DNA of 63,123 bases, the filler included, from Reclinomonas americana ATCC 50394 (Eukaryota), in NCBI GenBank assembly GCA_048213135.1. It is 11 parts of 11 records of this genome, joined end to end, with 100 filler letters (N's around TTAATTAATTAA, not from the genome) between each part and the next. Parts side by side here need not be neighbours in the genome. Positions count along the whole stretch, not along the records: positions 52,457 to 63,123 come from AFZH01018917.1; 10 more parts are not named here. One strand, 5' to 3'. Positions 62,101 through 63,123 of the stretch are shown piece after piece; positions within the stretch are counted from its first letter, which is position 1, and each line of letters begins with the position of its first letter. A program made the position numbers and the translations under genes. The notes under the pieces were generated by a model. It was not told where the DNA came from, made no database searches, and saw only the letters and a program-made list of their open reading frames with translations.

Positions 62101-63022
62101 CGGGGATGACGACGACGAAGTACTCCTCGACGATGGCGACGACGAGGACGAGGACGACGACGACGGCGATGATGGCGTCGGTGACGATGACGGCGATGGC
62201 AATGGTGGACGGGGAGAAGCACACTTGCGCTCTGCACCGCAGTCGAGTCCTCATTCTGCGGATCTCCGACGGAGAATGCCGGAGCCGGTGCAGGCAGCTC
62301 CACCAGTCACCAAGCCCCCCTCAACTGAAGATCAGCCGACTCCGCTGCTCGCCGAGCCGCAGAGTCTCTCACGGCAGTACACTCTGGCTCGCGCCGCCGT
62401 GAGTGGCGGAGTCGCCTCGGTGCCCACGCCAACGCCAGTGCCGTCAGCATCGGCATCGACCGGATCCACGGCGATGTCGGTGAGGAGTTCACCGCCGCCG
62501 CAGCCGGTCAGCACGCCGGTCGAGCAGCAGATTCACAAGTACGTGGACGTGCAGCCGCTGTTGGATCCGACGGATACCTACCGCGCGCCGGTGCCACCAT
62601 CGCTGTTCGCCGCCAAGTCACTGAGCTCAACAGCAACTTTGGCGACGCAGCCGGCAGCAGAATACCGCGACGCGCCACATGCCTACGGTCGCACGCCCGC
62701 CAGCCAGCTGCCAGCGTCCGTACTCCGGTATTCGGGTGATCGGGGCGAGACATTGGTCACCCCTCCACCAACGGCGACGACGGCGGCAGCAGTTGCTGCT
62801 TCTGCGGTCCCGGTTTCGCAAGTGCGGGAATCGCCCGCAGTTGCATCCGCGGCGCGTCACCGCATAGCCCCTTCGTGCCCGCCGCAGTCGCCCGGCGCCG
62901 TTCCAACCCTGCGTCCGCCGGCCTCGTCCAGCCCCAGTTCCTCCTCCTCCTCGTCGGCCTCTTCAACCGCGACCTCGCCTGCGACACCGTCACAAGCCTC
63001 CACGCGATCCGCTGGCAAGTAA
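52287..63022 (+). CDS. Very large protein with a HEAT/ARM-repeat N-terminal half and a low-complexity C-terminal half
   Basis: HEAT-like units such as LLSHPAAQVRHHAFHIVSLL and LLDSRSWHMRAGALDMLSAL. Exons splice in frame through ~57520-58020 (..KSRE|DGSNR..WWKE|VRASNS..|ARDPVED..|GGLSLD), linking both halves; TAA at 63020-63022. Confidence 0.65.
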
Positions 63023-63123
63023 AAACAGCATCGAGCTGGCAGCGATCCATTTGACCGTTACATTTCGAATTTCGTTGTTTAGTCCTCTTCGCCTGCGTCA
63101 GTCGAGCAGAGCCTCCCCCACCC

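Noticed and set aside
75..63022. Non-standard genetic code or stop-codon readthrough
   Set aside because: The apparent in-frame stops I examined in conserved genes fall inside introns, and TGA, TAA and TAG are all used as terminators.
75..63022. U12-type (minor) introns
   Set aside because: No GTATCCTT or ATATCCTT donor was seen at any junction I resolved.
1..63123. Transposase, reverse transcriptase, viral, tRNA or rRNA genes
   Set aside because: None was recognised by eye; a divergent element or tRNA could have been missed without a search.

Overview
This is a GC-rich, very compact, intron-rich eukaryotic (protist-like) scaffold. Introns are mostly ~55-100 nt with CTCAC/CTGAC branch points, and the standard genetic code fits every gene I could splice. 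Ten artificial 100-nt gaps (N-run/TTAATTAATTAA/N-run) interrupt it. Manual splicing gives about 19 protein genes: LENG8/THP3, CENP-S, DCTPP1, DDX52/ROK1, a large unknown gene, DASH Dad1-like, NAT8-like GNAT, a tandem-CBM20 + USP deubiquitinase, a BTB/BACK-SPRY protein, peroxisomal DECR2 (-AKL), HPS3, SART1, a small 2-TM protein, a secreted VWA/kelch protein, TMEM144, a signal-bearing SAM methyltransferase, a PH-TH1-TH1-RUN protein, a YxP-repeat protein and a ~10.7 kb HEAT-type gene. The most notable observations are four. (1) At least 23 introns have an atypical donor GTT-R-H-G (mostly GTTGCGT), almost never preceded by an exonic G; this looks like +1-shifted 5' splice-site recognition used as a major class. 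(2) A deubiquitinase with an intact Cys/His/Asp triad is fused to two starch/glycogen-binding CBM20 modules. (3) A ~330-nt G.U-rich rod-shaped RNA structure lies between two convergent genes. (4) Two intergenic tandem repeat arrays are present. All product calls come from remembered motifs, not database searches.
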